The notes under the pieces: generated by a model
Databases searched by the model: none
Told to the model about the DNA's origin: nothing
What the model saw: only the letters and a program-made list of their open reading frames with translations
Made by a program: the position numbers and the translations under genes
In this document: in pieces, positions 1-11,447 of the stretch
Numbering within the stretch: the first letter of the stretch is position 1
Layout: every line of letters starts with the position of its first letter
Source: Chiloscyllium plagiosum
Lineage: Eukaryota
Reading direction: 5' to 3'
DNA length: 38,971 nt
Assembly (NCBI RefSeq): GCF_004010195.1
Contig: NC_057751.1
Location: 6,955,934-6,994,904, forward strand

Positions 1-44
1 GTGAGGGTGATAGGCCGGAGAGGGGGTGGGGGTGGAGAGGTCAG

Positions 45-777
45 NNNNNNNNNNNNNNNNNNNNNNNNNNNNNNNNNNNNNNNNNNNNNNNNNNNNNNNN
101 NNNNNNNNNNNNNNNNNNNNNNNNNNNNNNNNNNNNNNNNNNNNNNNNNNNNNNNNNNNNNNNNNNNNNNNNNNNNNNNNNNNNNNNNNNNNNNNNNNNN
201 NNNNNNNNNNNNNNNNNNNNNNNNNNNNNNNNNNNNNNNNNNNNNNNNNNNNNNNNNNNNNNNNNNNNNNNNNNNNNNNNNNNNNNNNNNNNNNNNNNNN
301 NNNNNNNNNNNNNNNNNNNNNNNNNNNNNNNNNNNNNNNNNNNNNNNNNNNNNNNNNNNNNNNNNNNNNNNNNNNNNNNNNNNNNNNNNNNNNNNNNNNN
401 NNNNNNNNNNNNNNNNNNNNNNNNNNNNNNNNNNNNNNNNNNNNNNNNNNNNNNNNNNNNNNNNNNNNNNNNNNNNNNNNNNNNNNNNNNNNNNNNNNNN
501 NNNNNNNNNNNNNNNNNNNNNNNNNNNNNNNNNNNNNNNNNNNNNNNNNNNNNNNNNNNNNNNNNNNNNNNNNNNNNNNNNNNNNNNNNNNNNNNNNNNN
601 NNNNNNNNNNNNNNNNNNNNNNNNNNNNNNNNNNNNNNNNNNNNNNNNNNNNNNNNNNNNNNNNNNNNNNNNNNNNNNNNNNNNNNNNNNNNNNNNNNNN
701 NNNNNNNNNNNNNNNNNNNNNNNNNNNNNNNNNNNNNNNNNNNNNNNNNNNNNNNNNNNNNNNNNNNNNNNNNNNNG
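45..777. other. Assembly gap (N run)
   Basis: Continuous Ns. Confidence 1.
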
Positions 778-950
778 TCGCCCGAGATAGAAATGGAGAG
801 GTCTAGGAAGGGGACGGAGGAGTCTGAGACGGTCCAGGTAAATTTGAGGTCGGGGTGGAAGGTGTTAGTAAAGTGGAGGAACTGTTCAACCTCCTCTTGG
901 GAGCACGAGGTAGCGCCAATACAATCATCGGTGTAGCGGAAGAAAAGGTG
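778..950 (-). mobile_element. Penelope-like element reverse transcriptase fragment (runs into the gap)
   Basis: Minus strand translates HLFFRYTDDCIGATSCSQEEVEQFLHFTNTFHPDLKFTWTVSDSSVPFLDLSISISGD: YxDD motif plus the PLE-type PFLD motif. Confidence 0.85.
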
Positions 951-1204
951 CAGTGTTCACAAAACAGGTTCACTCCTGTCAACGAGGTGATAAGCCAATG
1001 AAAGTAACTGAGAACCTGGTTCAGAGTACTGAAAACCTTCTGCCTGATGCAGGTACAGTCAAAAGCTGCGCTGGAGAGGGATGTCCCCCATGTTTTTGTA
1101 TAGTGGCGGTCTGACTGCTTTTTGGATTGTTAATTTATTCCTTCACATTTTGAGAAAACTGTTGAGAGGGCACCTCGATGTTTTTAGTAACCTTTCAGTA
1201 GTTT

Positions 1205-1790
1205 ACAAAAACAGAAACTGCTGGAAAAATCAGCAGGTTCAACAGCAGAGGGAAAGAAAGCAGATTTGGGTTTGATAATGCTTCGTCGGAACAGAGTCTA
1301 GCTGGGAAAAGGTTGGTCTACATGCTGAAGACGGGGAGGAGTTAATGATAGCAGGTGATGGAGACCTGCAGAGAGAAAGAGAAGATTAGTTGGGCAATGG
1401 AATGGGTGGAAGTAGAATCAGTGGAGAATCAATCGCTGTCAATGAGGGTCATTAGTGGCTGACTGAAATGATTGAAAACAAAAATCTCAGCAGGTCAGGT
1501 TGCATCCGTGGAGAGAGAGCAAGCTAAACTTTTGAGTCTAGATGACTCTTCATCAGAGCTGGTTAGTTTGTTCTCCATGGGTGTTGCCTGATCCACTGTG
1601 ATTTCCAGCATTTTTTGTTTTCAGTACATATTCCAGCATCTGCAGTAATTTGCTCTTGAACTTATAAAACTCGATATTAAGTCTGAAAGGCTGTAAGGTC
1701 TCCAAGCATAAAATGACATGCTGATCTTAAGCTCTGAGCAATTTACGTTTGTTGCTGTTCCCCTCCAGTTGGATGACCTCTGACCCAGCT
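1205..1790 (-). mobile_element. Decayed Penelope-like 3' end (GIY-YIG C-terminus plus terminal repeat), interrupted by a fold-back insertion
   Basis: Minus strand near 1660-1740 reads DQHVILCLETLQPFRLNIEF, resembling the PLE C-terminal LGTLQPxGLN motif. 1205-1290 resembles the same terminal repeat found elsewhere in the window. Confidence 0.6.
1474..1657 (+). mobile_element. Fold-back Penelope-terminus insertion containing a degenerate hammerhead motif (1522-1560, minus strand)
   Basis: Arms ~1481-1527 and ~1563-1610 are imperfect reverse complements. Minus strand reads agct-CTGATGA-agagtc-atcta-gactc-aAAA-gttt-agct. Confidence 0.65.
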
Positions 1791-1802
1791 TTGAGGACCT
1801 AA

Positions 1803-1895
1803 TTTGTACACACCGCCCGTCGCTACGACCGATTGGATGGTTTAGTGAGGTCCTCGGTTCGGCACCGCCAGTGTCGGACAAGACCCTGGTGGAGC
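1803..1895 (+). pseudogene. 18S rRNA 3'-region fragment (dispersed copy) followed by A9
   Basis: TTTGTACACACCGCCCGTCGCTACgACCGATTGGATGGTTTAGTGAGGTCCTCGG is the conserved SSU rRNA segment leading into helix 44. No flanking rDNA. A-run at 1896-1904. Confidence 0.93.
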
Positions 1896-1908
1896 AAAAA
1901 AAAACAGT

Positions 1909-2220
1909 GGGTGGCACGGTGGCTCAGTGGTTAGCACTGCTGCCTCACAGCGCCAGAGACCTGGGTTCAATTCCCGCCTCAGGCGACTGACTGTGTGGAG
2001 TTTGCACATTCTCCCCGTGTCTGCGTGGGTTTCCTCCGGGTGCTCCGGTTTCCTCCCACAGTCCAAAGATGTGCAGGTCAGGTGAATTGTCCATGCTAAA
2101 TTGCCTGTAGTGTGAGGTGAAGGGGTAAATGTAGGGGTATGGGTGGGTTGCTCTTCGGCAGGTCGGTGTGGACTTATTGGGCTGAAGGGCCTGTTTCCAC
2201 ACTGTAAGTAATCTAATCTA
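1909..2220 (+). mobile_element. HE1-type tRNA-derived V-SINE, full length
   Basis: A box (GGTGGCTCAGTGG), B box (GGTTCAATTCC), V-domain TGTGGAGTTTGCACATTCTCCCCGTGTCTGCGTGGGTTTCCTCCGGGTGCTCCGGTTTCCTCCCAC, (TAATC)n tail. Confidence 0.9.
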
Positions 2221-2489
2221 CTTGCCACCCTTAGTTGCTCATGGAAACCTGTCCCCGTGCCATTAAGGGAATTGTCTCTGTGAAATCCTGAAGGCAGTAA
2301 CTGAGGGCTAGGTTCGGACATGAAAACAATTTTGATACCGCATTCTGCTGAAAAGTGTAAATTTAGCCATCATTCTCTGTTGCTCAGGATATAATTCATG
2401 GACTCACATTGTCAGTTTAATATCCCTGTGATGAATATCATTACTCTATCTTTCTCTTTATATATTTTGTTACCAGTTTCTTTATTGAA

Positions 2490-2855
2490 ACATTTCAGAT
2501 CCTGAGGCGACATGGTAAGAATATTTCCCCTTGTAGTGGATTCCAGAACTGGGGGTCACAACATATAAATGAGAGAGCCACCACTTACGACTGAGACAAA
2601 TGGAATTTTTTTTGTCTTATGATAGTTAGTCCAGGAAATTGTCTTTCCTGAAGAGCAGCGGAGGACGGATCTTTGAGTATATTTGATGCTGAGTTAGAGA
2701 GATATTTGATTCATGGATAGTCAGGGCTATAGTGGCCAGTCAGAGGAGTGGTGTTGAGACCATCATCAGATCAGCCGTGATCTTAATGGATGGTGGAGCA
2801 GGCACATGGGGCTGAATGCCTTATTTCTGACCCTAATTCTTGTGTTCATGTGTTC
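2490..2855 (+). mobile_element. Old CR1-like LINE 3' fragment
   Basis: Degenerate ORF2 end and 3' UTR (atcagccgtgatcttaatggatggtggagcaggc...ggctgaatgcct). Confidence 0.6.
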
Positions 2856-3749
2856 CTGCTCCCTCTCTCTAAATCTGTGGGTAGCCAGCATAGGTTTAAC
2901 CTGTCTCTCTTTGTGTTTCCATAAGTGTGTCTTTCTATCATTGATTTCTATCTTCCTCACATCATCTTCTGTATTTTCCACTTATTTCCCCACTTACGCT
3001 TTTGTGAAAATTTGAAAGTCAGCGTTTACATCTCCCAGAGTAGAAAGACAGTTTCATCCCTCAGAAATACAGAAGTGCTGGAGTTCTGGTCAATATTGCA
3101 CAGTGCGAAGGCAAAGTGCAGTGTATTTTGGAGGAATGAACAGTCCTTTCGAAATGAACTAAAAGCAGGAACAGGGCAAGTTGCCCTCCCATATCTAAGC
3201 TTGGAGTTTGAAATCTATTGCACTGTACAGTTCTCCTCCACAATGAAACCCAGAAATGCTGTTAATATGTTGCTATGCTGTCAATGAGATAACAGGTACT
3301 CATGTCTTTAACATGTAAGCCACGAACTGGTAACATTCCATGATTAGAGGTTTCGTCAACACAACGTTACATTTGCTCAAAAATTGGAACCGTGTCCAAA
3401 TTGTCACACTTTGGAAATGGATAGCTTGCTGATTGAGAACTAAACAATAAAACACATTCTGGAGGCCCACACAGATCCACAGCTGAGATAAAATAGCTGG
3501 GTGCCAAGATCATAATTTGGTCAGGGACTCACATTGGAATGTTTGCAATCTGAAAGGTTCCAGAATTTACTCACACTGAATAAAATATAATTGGTCTAAC
3601 AAAACCCTGTTGAAGTTTTGCACAAGAAGGGATGGGGGATAGTGATGTAAACAGAGGGAAGCGCTGCATCACAGTTCCTGCCTTTTAAATGCGCAGCATG
3701 GAAGCTGCCTAGTTCAGAGTGCTTTCAAGGTGAAGTCATGTCAAAACAG

Positions 3750-4315
3750 TGTTATGGATTAGGCCAGACCGCCTCAAAATATTTTAAGAAAGTCGCCCAG
3801 CCCCTGAGTTTTTCTTATTTTAAAGGTAGATGTGAAGTGTATATTCCAGATGTGATGCAGTTGGTCAAACTATTTCGCTTTAAGCAAAACAGATTTTATT
3901 TAAACACTACAGTTGAAGGACGAACGAAAGAACACGGAATTTAGGATAACTTAACTATTGGAAAACTCAACTGACCCACTACAGCAACTTAAGGAGCTGT
4001 TCCAATTCAGTAACATCCCATAAACACACCCTTTGGCAAAAAGGTAAATTGAAACACAGATTCTTACCGGCAGGAGGGAACAAGTTCCAAAGAGATTTCA
4101 GAGAGAAAGACCATCAGGAATCATTTGCTGAAGATTTATGATCTTTTCTGGACATCTTGTGACGGCCACAGCTCAACCAGACTAGAAAAAGCCTGAACTG
4201 AGGGAACTGGCCAATCTGCAATTTTTAAACAAGACACATCAGGCCCTCTGCCTTTACGACCTCTCTTGAAAAGAAAAGGATAAAATAACCTCTTTAAAGT
4301 GACAGCATCGTCACA
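3750..4315 (-). mobile_element. Solo LTR related to the gypsy element at 15795-21642
   Basis: TGTTA...TCACA termini, 4-bp TSD ACAG (3746-3749 and 4316-4319), shared blocks with both LTRs of the full element (ggccagac, aaaacagattttattt, gctgttccaa, cccataaacac, ctgagggaactggcca). Confidence 0.88.
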
Positions 4316-4559
4316 ACAGAATGTGGGAATAATGGCCTATTGTCCTGAACGAAGAGCTTTTTGAACCTTGAAATCATCTCTGTTTTCTCAATATTTCTGG
4401 GCACCTCTTTTGCTAAGGTACCTTTGCATTTGGTTGAAATCCTAATGGTGACAAAGGAGCTAATCAGTAACACCCCGTGCATACATTAGCAATTCTGAGG
4501 TCAAAAATACCAAGTATTTCAAGGAATTGTCTAATTCACTGGCAGAGACTGAGCTCAAC

Positions 4560-4830
4560 TTCTTGGACTGCTAGAAGGACATGAGACACGAGATTTGGTC
4601 ACTGAATTGCAGGAAGGAGATGATTTCACCAGAAAGGGTATAGAGGACACTTATGAGGGATATTGCCAGAACTGAGAATTTTAGCACTGGGGAGAAATTG
4701 GACAGGCTGGTGTTGTTTACTTTGTAGCAGTCGAGGCGAAAGGGAGATTTAATTGAGACGTGTAAAATTATGAGGGGCCTAGACAGAATACTTAGGAAGG
4801 AATTGTTTTGATAAGCGTAGAGTAATATAA
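4560..4830 (+). mobile_element. Old CR1 ORF2 3' fragment
   Basis: Degenerate CR1 ORF2 tail (ttggacaggctggtgttgtttactttg...agggagatttaattgagacgtgtaaaattatgaggggcctagacaga). Confidence 0.65.
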
Positions 4831-5329
4831 ACTGAAAGATAATTGAGATATACAGTGCAAGATAACACTTTTAGTCAGGGCATTATTTTTGTTCACCACA
4901 TTGCATAAAACTCATCCCCACTGATTGCAAACACCTCCATATGTTTTTCACCAATTCTGACCCAGTTAACCCCAAAATAATATATCAATTACCTGTTGGC
5001 TTATTCCGTTTGGCATCCCTTAAGACTACATGAGATGCTAACTGAGAAGTCGGTAATCAGATGACAGAGATTTAAAACTGTTGGGAAGAGGATTGGAGGG
5101 GAATTGAACAGTAATTTCCTGGCTCACCAGCTGGAAGGCTGGTCGAGTCCGAAATCTCACATTTCCACAAACATTTGGACATGTGTTTGAAGCCCCACAA
5201 TTGACAGTTTGATTGACCAACAGCAGAAAACTGGTGGTTGGTTGGATGGCTTTCTTCCTGCTGGTAATGACATATTGGGTCAACTTGCCTCCCTCTGTGC
5301 CTTGCATTTTCAATGTTTGTCTGTTGCAA

Positions 5330-5537
5330 AACTATGCAGATGCTGTAAATCTGAAATAAAAAGAGAAAATACTCGAAATATTGTGCGGTTCAGGTGGTAT
5401 CCATAGAGAGAGAATCACAATTAATGTTACAGTTTGACAAATGTGAAACCAATGACCTGAACGATTTAATACACTTTCAGTCTGCACAAATATTGCCTGA
5501 CCTGCTGTGTACTTGCAGCATTGTCTGATTTTATTTC
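5330..5537 (-). mobile_element. Old fold-back Penelope-terminus insertion
   Basis: Left arm tgcagatgctgtaaatctgaaataaaaagagaaaatact...tcagg; right arm cctgacctgctgtgtacttgcagcattgtctgattttatttc is its degenerate reverse complement. Confidence 0.6.
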
Positions 5538-5600
5538 GCACAAATGGATTGGTCAGTTCACTTTCAATGACACTGTACTTGTTTTCTTCTTCTTTTGGAG

Positions 5601-5744
5601 GCCTGAGTGTTCGGGAGGTCCTGATCAATGTTTCTCGGCAGCAAGTGGAAGATTTTCACGGTCCAGAGGATTACTGGTGTCTTTGCGTAGCTTGGAGTCA
5701 ACAGGGAACAACGAAAAGCAGAAAAGCTACGGTCCGAATTGCAT
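5601..5744 (+). CDS. UNC5D: Netrin receptor UNC5D, internal coding exon (C-terminal half of Ig domain 1; probably exon 3)
   Basis: (G)[61 protein letters not shown] is characteristic of UNC5D. Pyrimidine tract + AG at 5599-5600, donor GTAAGC at 5745, phase 1-1, 144 nt. Confidence 0.93.
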
Positions 5745-8356
5745 GTAAGCAAAATAAAAATAGTAATTACTGATGACCAAATGTTTCACTTCAGCAACAC
5801 ATGCACAGAAACAGAAAGATTGAACTTCACAGCTAACCCATTGTTATGCAGGCCATCTAGGTCTGCCTGCTGTAGGGTAGGTAGTCCATCAAACTGTGAT
5901 TCTCCCTGAATAATTCCACACTGTGGATGTGTGAATTACAGAGTATGAGTAACCACCATCTGCAGCATTAGACTACAGGCGCTGAATAATGCATAGGCCA
6001 GTTTTTTGCACTTTGACAGACTTGTAATGACTTGCACTCCAGAATAAGTATTTGAAGAGATAAATGCCAGCCTGAAATGAGATGGAAGATTTCCCTTCTG
6101 TGCTTGGTTCAGTGCAATAAAGAGCGTGCTTTGTATAATATCGATATTTCAAGCTAGATTCCTGGTAGTGGGTGAAATTCATCTTTGTGGGTAGACGATT
6201 CAAGTCAGTTGGCAACCATTTGTGAGCCAGTTTTACCTCTGTTTTAATTCTCTTTTCCATTGACTTGATGTCATGAATAATTGGGCGGCTATTTTTAAAA
6301 AAAAAGTTGTGCTGACTCCTTTCCTTTGCCCCATTTTCAAAATAAAATGACCGCAGGAGTGAACTACTTTCATCGCCCATACCCCAGATAGGCTGAAAGT
6401 CAGGGTTCAGTAGTTCACCAGTAATCCTCTGGACCACTCAGCAAGCATTTATTTCCTTCATCACTCCAGTGATTGTTGACTTGAACACATCTTAGTTCTG
6501 CAGACAAATATTGCAAATTTTTCTTCACAATGGTGGAACAGTTTATCTCGATGTCCCTGACACAGTAATTAGGAGGTTGGAGCATTTTGGAATTTATAAG
6601 GGTTCTCCAGAAGTGTTGTTAGGATTTGCAGTTGGCCCATGGAAATAGCTAGTATTTGCCCGGAGTCCTCAGATGGTGATGGTCTCTGTTGGGATTGCCT
6701 TAGATTGTGCGAGTACTCACAGGGGTTTTGGAAATGTGCCAGTTTTTTGTCAAGTACTCTGTGTTAATGTTGCAAGTAACCTTTATTCAGAGCTCTTCAA
6801 CCACACATGTGGGAGAGGCCAGGGACCGCTTCCTGGCTTTCACGTGGGGTCCAGCTGCCCTCTTGATTATGGTTCAGATTGGAGGAGAGGTCAGTGACAC
6901 TGTGGCTTCCCCAGCTGAAGGCAGTATTTTTATACACTTCACATTACCATAATTGCTTGCAACTTTGCTGCCATTGTTCCATCCCACTAATCTATACATC
7001 CAATCCTGTAAAATGCCCAATAAGTGATGGACACTCCTATGGATAGCCCTAGTTTCACCATGATCTCATGATGTTTCCCAGACATGACTCTTGGGATCAT
7101 ATATCTCATTAATTTACATTCCCATGTTAATGGTTCTACTCTTTATCAGACCTTTGCCAGACTAGCTGATCTCTAAGGACTGTGGGAATTCTGTCATTCA
7201 TTGTATTCCTTGCTATCCCTATCAAAATCTGTTACTCATCTTATATATCCTACTATCTTAATCGTGGGAGAAACAAAAAGATGCTAATCATGACTAATTG
7301 CTGTAAAATTCATAATATCATTTCTAATATAAAGTTAGTTTTTTAATAAGATTTTTGGTTACACCTCATGTTGGAATTCTTTACCCAATGAATTGTGAGC
7401 AGTTTCTGTCTCACCTGACCTTGAAACGTCAGGTAAACACTGCCCCTTGAATGATAACTCCTTCTATTCACATGCTGTCTGTAAGTCTGTTTTAAACATG
7501 GAATTGCTTCTCGGATGAAATTTACAAATTCTCTTTATAAGAATGAAACTCAATCACTTTCACTGCTCAATAAGCTTGTCTGAACACCTAAGGTTTTACA
7601 AGATGTAATCTTGTTTCCCTTTGACCTTATCAGTTGTCTCTGTTATTGTGAGATCATGCCTTTCTTTCAATTCTTGCTAAACTATGAACTTTGGGCCTGT
7701 TTGTTTCTAGACGTCTCTTAACAGACTGCCACTTACAGACATCTGCAGCTGAAGGTTTGCACAGAGCTCCCTGTATATTAATTTGTCAGATTCTTTGTTC
7801 CCTACTGGATTTATCTTGTTCTCAAAGCTACCATTATCCTAACGGATGATTTCACTTTAATTCTGAACTCAGCAAGCTAATCCGCCATATTTATGCCACC
7901 TAAAAATTGACAGGCAGCCATCTTGTGTCACCTCTGGCCATGGGCTACCCCAACAGTTGCCATCAATTCCTGGATGCTGAGGAAGTGGATTCCTGAAGTT
8001 GATCCTGATCACTTTCAGTTGGAGCTCCTTGCAGTTTGTTACAGGGCTCAAGTGATCCAACAAAAGATTTCAGTTGACAAAGAGCAAGGACCTCGAAATG
8101 AAAATGGTCAGGATCCGTTAATTGAATATCCACTTGTCGTAGCCACACTTATAGCTGGTCCTTGCAAATACTCTCACATTTCCAACGACCAGCAGCAAAT
8201 ACTGCACATGACAGAAAGCTAAAGAAACACAGCTGTGATTATACACTAAGTCAGGCAATCTCTTTGGTGAGAACAGGATGTGTGAACATTTTAAAATTCA
8301 AAGATTCTGCTCCAAATAGAGCGATCAATCTCAGCGTATTCCAGAAGGTTTGTAGC

Positions 8357-9599
8357 TCAGGTTGTGGATGAGCCTGTTGAGTTGCTCACTGAGTTGGTAA
8401 GTTTGTTGGCAGATGTTTTGTCATCATGCTGGGTAACATCATCAGTGCGCCTCCAGTGAAGCATTGGTGTTCTGTCCCACTTGCTATTTATGTGTCTGGG
8501 TCTGCTGGGGTTGGTGGTGTCATTTCTGATTTCGTTGCTGGTTCTGTTTCTTCGTGGTTGGTATATGGGGTACAACTCCACATGTTTGTTGATGGAGTTC
8601 TGGGTTGAGTGCCAGGCTTCCAGGAATTCCCGTGCATGTCTCTGTTTGGCTTATCCTAGGATGGAAACGTCCCATTCGAATTGGTGTCCTTCCCAAAGTA
8701 CTGCATAGGGCAAGCAGGAAGGAAATTAGCCACCAAGGTACATCTAGCCATCAGGAGAATGGGTACCCAACGAACACAGTTCACCGATTTCTCAGCAACA
8801 AATCCAAACAAGCAGACATAACACGTCAAGAAACCCTAGCCACTCTCCCCTACGTCAAAGACATCTCGGAAATGACTGCCAGATTACTCAGAACCATTGG
8901 CATCATGGTAGCCCGCAAACCCACCAACACACTAAAACAGCAGCTAATGAACTTGAAACACCCTATATAGACAAGAAGCAAAATTAATATCATTTACAAA
9001 ATACCGTGCAAGAACTGTAACAAACATGACATTGAACAAACAGGTAGAAAACTAGCCACCAGGATACATGAACATCAACTAGCCACAAAAAGTTATGATT
9101 ATCTCTCACTAGTATCCTTGCATGCAGATAAGGAAGGACACCACTTCGACTGGAACAACACATCCATCCGAGGACAAGCCAAACAGAGACACGCACGAGA
9201 ATTCCTCAAAGTATGGCATTCCAAACAGAACTCTATCAACAAACACATTGAGTTAGACCCCATCTACCACCACCTGAGAAAAAGAACAGGAAATGACATC
9301 ACCAACCCAAAGAAATGCAAGCATATAAATAGAAAGCAGGAATCATGAACAGTGCTTCGCCTAGAGGCCCACTGAAGATGTTACCGATAGAGTGATGCAA
9401 CGTCTGGAAATGAACCTTCCAGCTCAGCAAGCAAACCTACATCCATGACATCACCAACCCCAGCAGACCCAAACACCTAAATAGTAAGTGGGACAGAACA
9501 CCAACGCTTCAGCGGGGGTGCACTGATGATGTTACCTTTTATGATGATGAAACAGCTGCGAACACACTTACCAGCTCAGCGAGCAAGTCAACAACCTCA
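8357..9599. mobile_element. Rearranged Penelope-like element: inverted 3' copy (8357-8700, -) joined to a + strand RT-linker/GIY-YIG region with tandem terminal repeats
   Basis: + strand: ENGYPTNTVHRFL...ATLPYVKDISEMTARLLR, then NIIYKIPCKNCNKHDIEQTGRKLATRIHEH (GIY-YIG) and HHFDWNNTSIRGQAKQRHAREFLKVWH. 8357-8700 is the reverse complement of the 3' part. Degenerate CTGANGA...GAAA motifs near 9372, 9523 and 8411-8446 (-). Confidence 0.88.
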
Positions 9600-11360
9600 G
9601 AATAGTCAAGCCTTCTTTGTGTGTTTTTTTTTCTTTCTTCCACCTGTTGTGTAGTGTATTGCCGAGCCACATTGTGAGTGAGATGGATGGCTGCATGGCA
9701 TAATCAAGAAGGATGTTGCTGATAATTCAGAACAGAACATGATGAAGATTCACTGAGGTCAGCATTTACACATTGAGCAACAGAACTGAAACCCCAGCAA
9801 TCATTCTTTTCCCCAAAATATCCTTCATTTTTAAGTTTGTGAAAGCACATTACAAAACATGAAAATTTCATAATTTACAATAACGTGCAACTTGTCTCCA
9901 TGCTGCAAATTCTGGCATGTTCTGTGGTGCCTCAATACAATTGTCATTCTCATAATATTTACAAATACATTCTATGTCAAGCATACAAAAACTTTTCAAA
10001 TTGACCTTTCAGAAAGGAGAATTGAAGTGGCGTCTATGCACCGTAAGTGACTCAATACCATTTACAGTGAAGTCCCGAACAATTGATCTCGCTCTAATTC
10101 CCATGTCAGACTTATTGCTATTTGTATTAACCTTCTCACATTGGGACATCAATGTCAGTTGAAGTACTCACTCCTATAAGACTCAACATGCAAATGATTC
10201 AGTCCAGAAGTTTTATTTACAGTCACACTTTGGAAAGGGACAAGATCCCCGTGAACTTGTCGAGTAAGTGTGGTTATTGATACATTTTCTTGGTTCGAAG
10301 TGTCATAAAGTCATTGTGAATCTTCTCCTTGAAGATTCACGTCAATGTCGATCTACCTGTTCATTGAACCATGATAATCATAAACTGAAGTTCTTGATCT
10401 AAGTCTATTTTGGACTAAATGCTCATTCACTCAATTTACCTGTGGTTGTTTTCCTTCTTGGAGTGGGGGAGTGGAGGGTGATGATTTTAAACAAGTTTAT
10501 GGGATTATGACCAATTTAGATATAATTGAAAAGAAGAGTTATTCCTACTACTCGGTGGCAGCATGGATTTGACACTGCTGGGAGTGTTTTTGGGATCTTG
10601 TGATAAAACACAGGTGGTGGTGATGGTAAACAAATTGCCTTTGAGGTTAGTGGAAGGGGAGACAATGAATAGTTTCAAAAGAAGTTGGATGAGGGCTTGC
10701 GGAAGGTGTGCAGATAACCAGCAAAAACCTGTTGAGAAATATGTTGTCTGCAATACTGACCAATGGATGTGACTTGGACAGCACACCAGATTTCATCACT
10801 TTCAGTCACAAGCGAAATAAATTGAGACTTTTAAATCCCTTTTTCGAGATTGGATGAGTACAAAATGTGAGCATTTTGTCTGTTTCCCCTTCGTGAAGCA
10901 CCACAATGTGATATTTTTATTTAATTCTTGGAATATGACATTTTGGCATGGCTAACATTTGATTGCCCATCCTTTGTAACCCTGAGAAGGTAGTAATGGG
11001 TCATTTTTCTTTACGTCAAATGTCTGAGTACTGCGGTTAAAAAAAAAATCAACAGGGCTTTCTCGCCTCTTTAAAAAGTTATCACCTCATTTTTTTATGA
11101 TCATGTTCTCGGAAACTGTATTCATCAATTGCAATCAGTGCAATTGCAATTCAATTGCATTCAATTCGTGAAATGATTAGAATCATAGAGCAGGAGGAGG
11201 CTGATGGGCCCATTGCATCTGTGGCAATTTTTTGTGAAAGCTTTGCAATTTGTCCCAATCCCTGATATATCTGCATGGCCCTGCAATTTTCTTCTTCTTG
11301 TTCAATTCCTGATGGAACTTTACCTCTGAATCTTCTCAAGCAGGGTATTCAAGATCGTAA

Positions 11361-11433
11361 GTCTCTGTGGCGCAATCGGTTAGCACGCTCGGCTGTTAAC
11401 TGAAAGTTGGTGGTTCAAGCCCACCCAGGGACG
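11361..11433 (+). tRNA. tRNA-Asn(GTT)-derived copy, probably a pseudogene
   Basis: GTCTCTGTGGCGCAATCGGTTAGCaCGcTCGGCTGTTAACtGAAAG-TTGGTGGTTCaAGCCCACCCAGGGACG matches vertebrate tRNA-Asn-GTT with about 4 substitutions and a 1-nt deletion. C-A mismatches in the D and anticodon stems; no oligo-T terminator follows. Confidence 0.88.
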
Positions 11434-11447
11434 CTCCTGTATGTCTA

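Noticed and set aside
1..936. 311-aa and 254-aa ORFs
   Set aside because: Artefacts of the N gap; the real signal is a minus-strand Penelope RT fragment.
1803..1895. Functional rRNA gene or contaminant rDNA
   Set aside because: Only 93 nt, mutated, with no adjoining 18S or ITS sequence, and embedded in host repeats.
6707..6952. RDRFLAFTWG as an RT motif
   Set aside because: Isolated resemblance with no YxDD or other RT motifs at the expected spacing.
11361..11433. Functional tRNA-Asn gene
   Set aside because: C-A mismatches in the D and anticodon stems, a variable-loop deletion and no oligo-T terminator; kept as a probable pseudogene.
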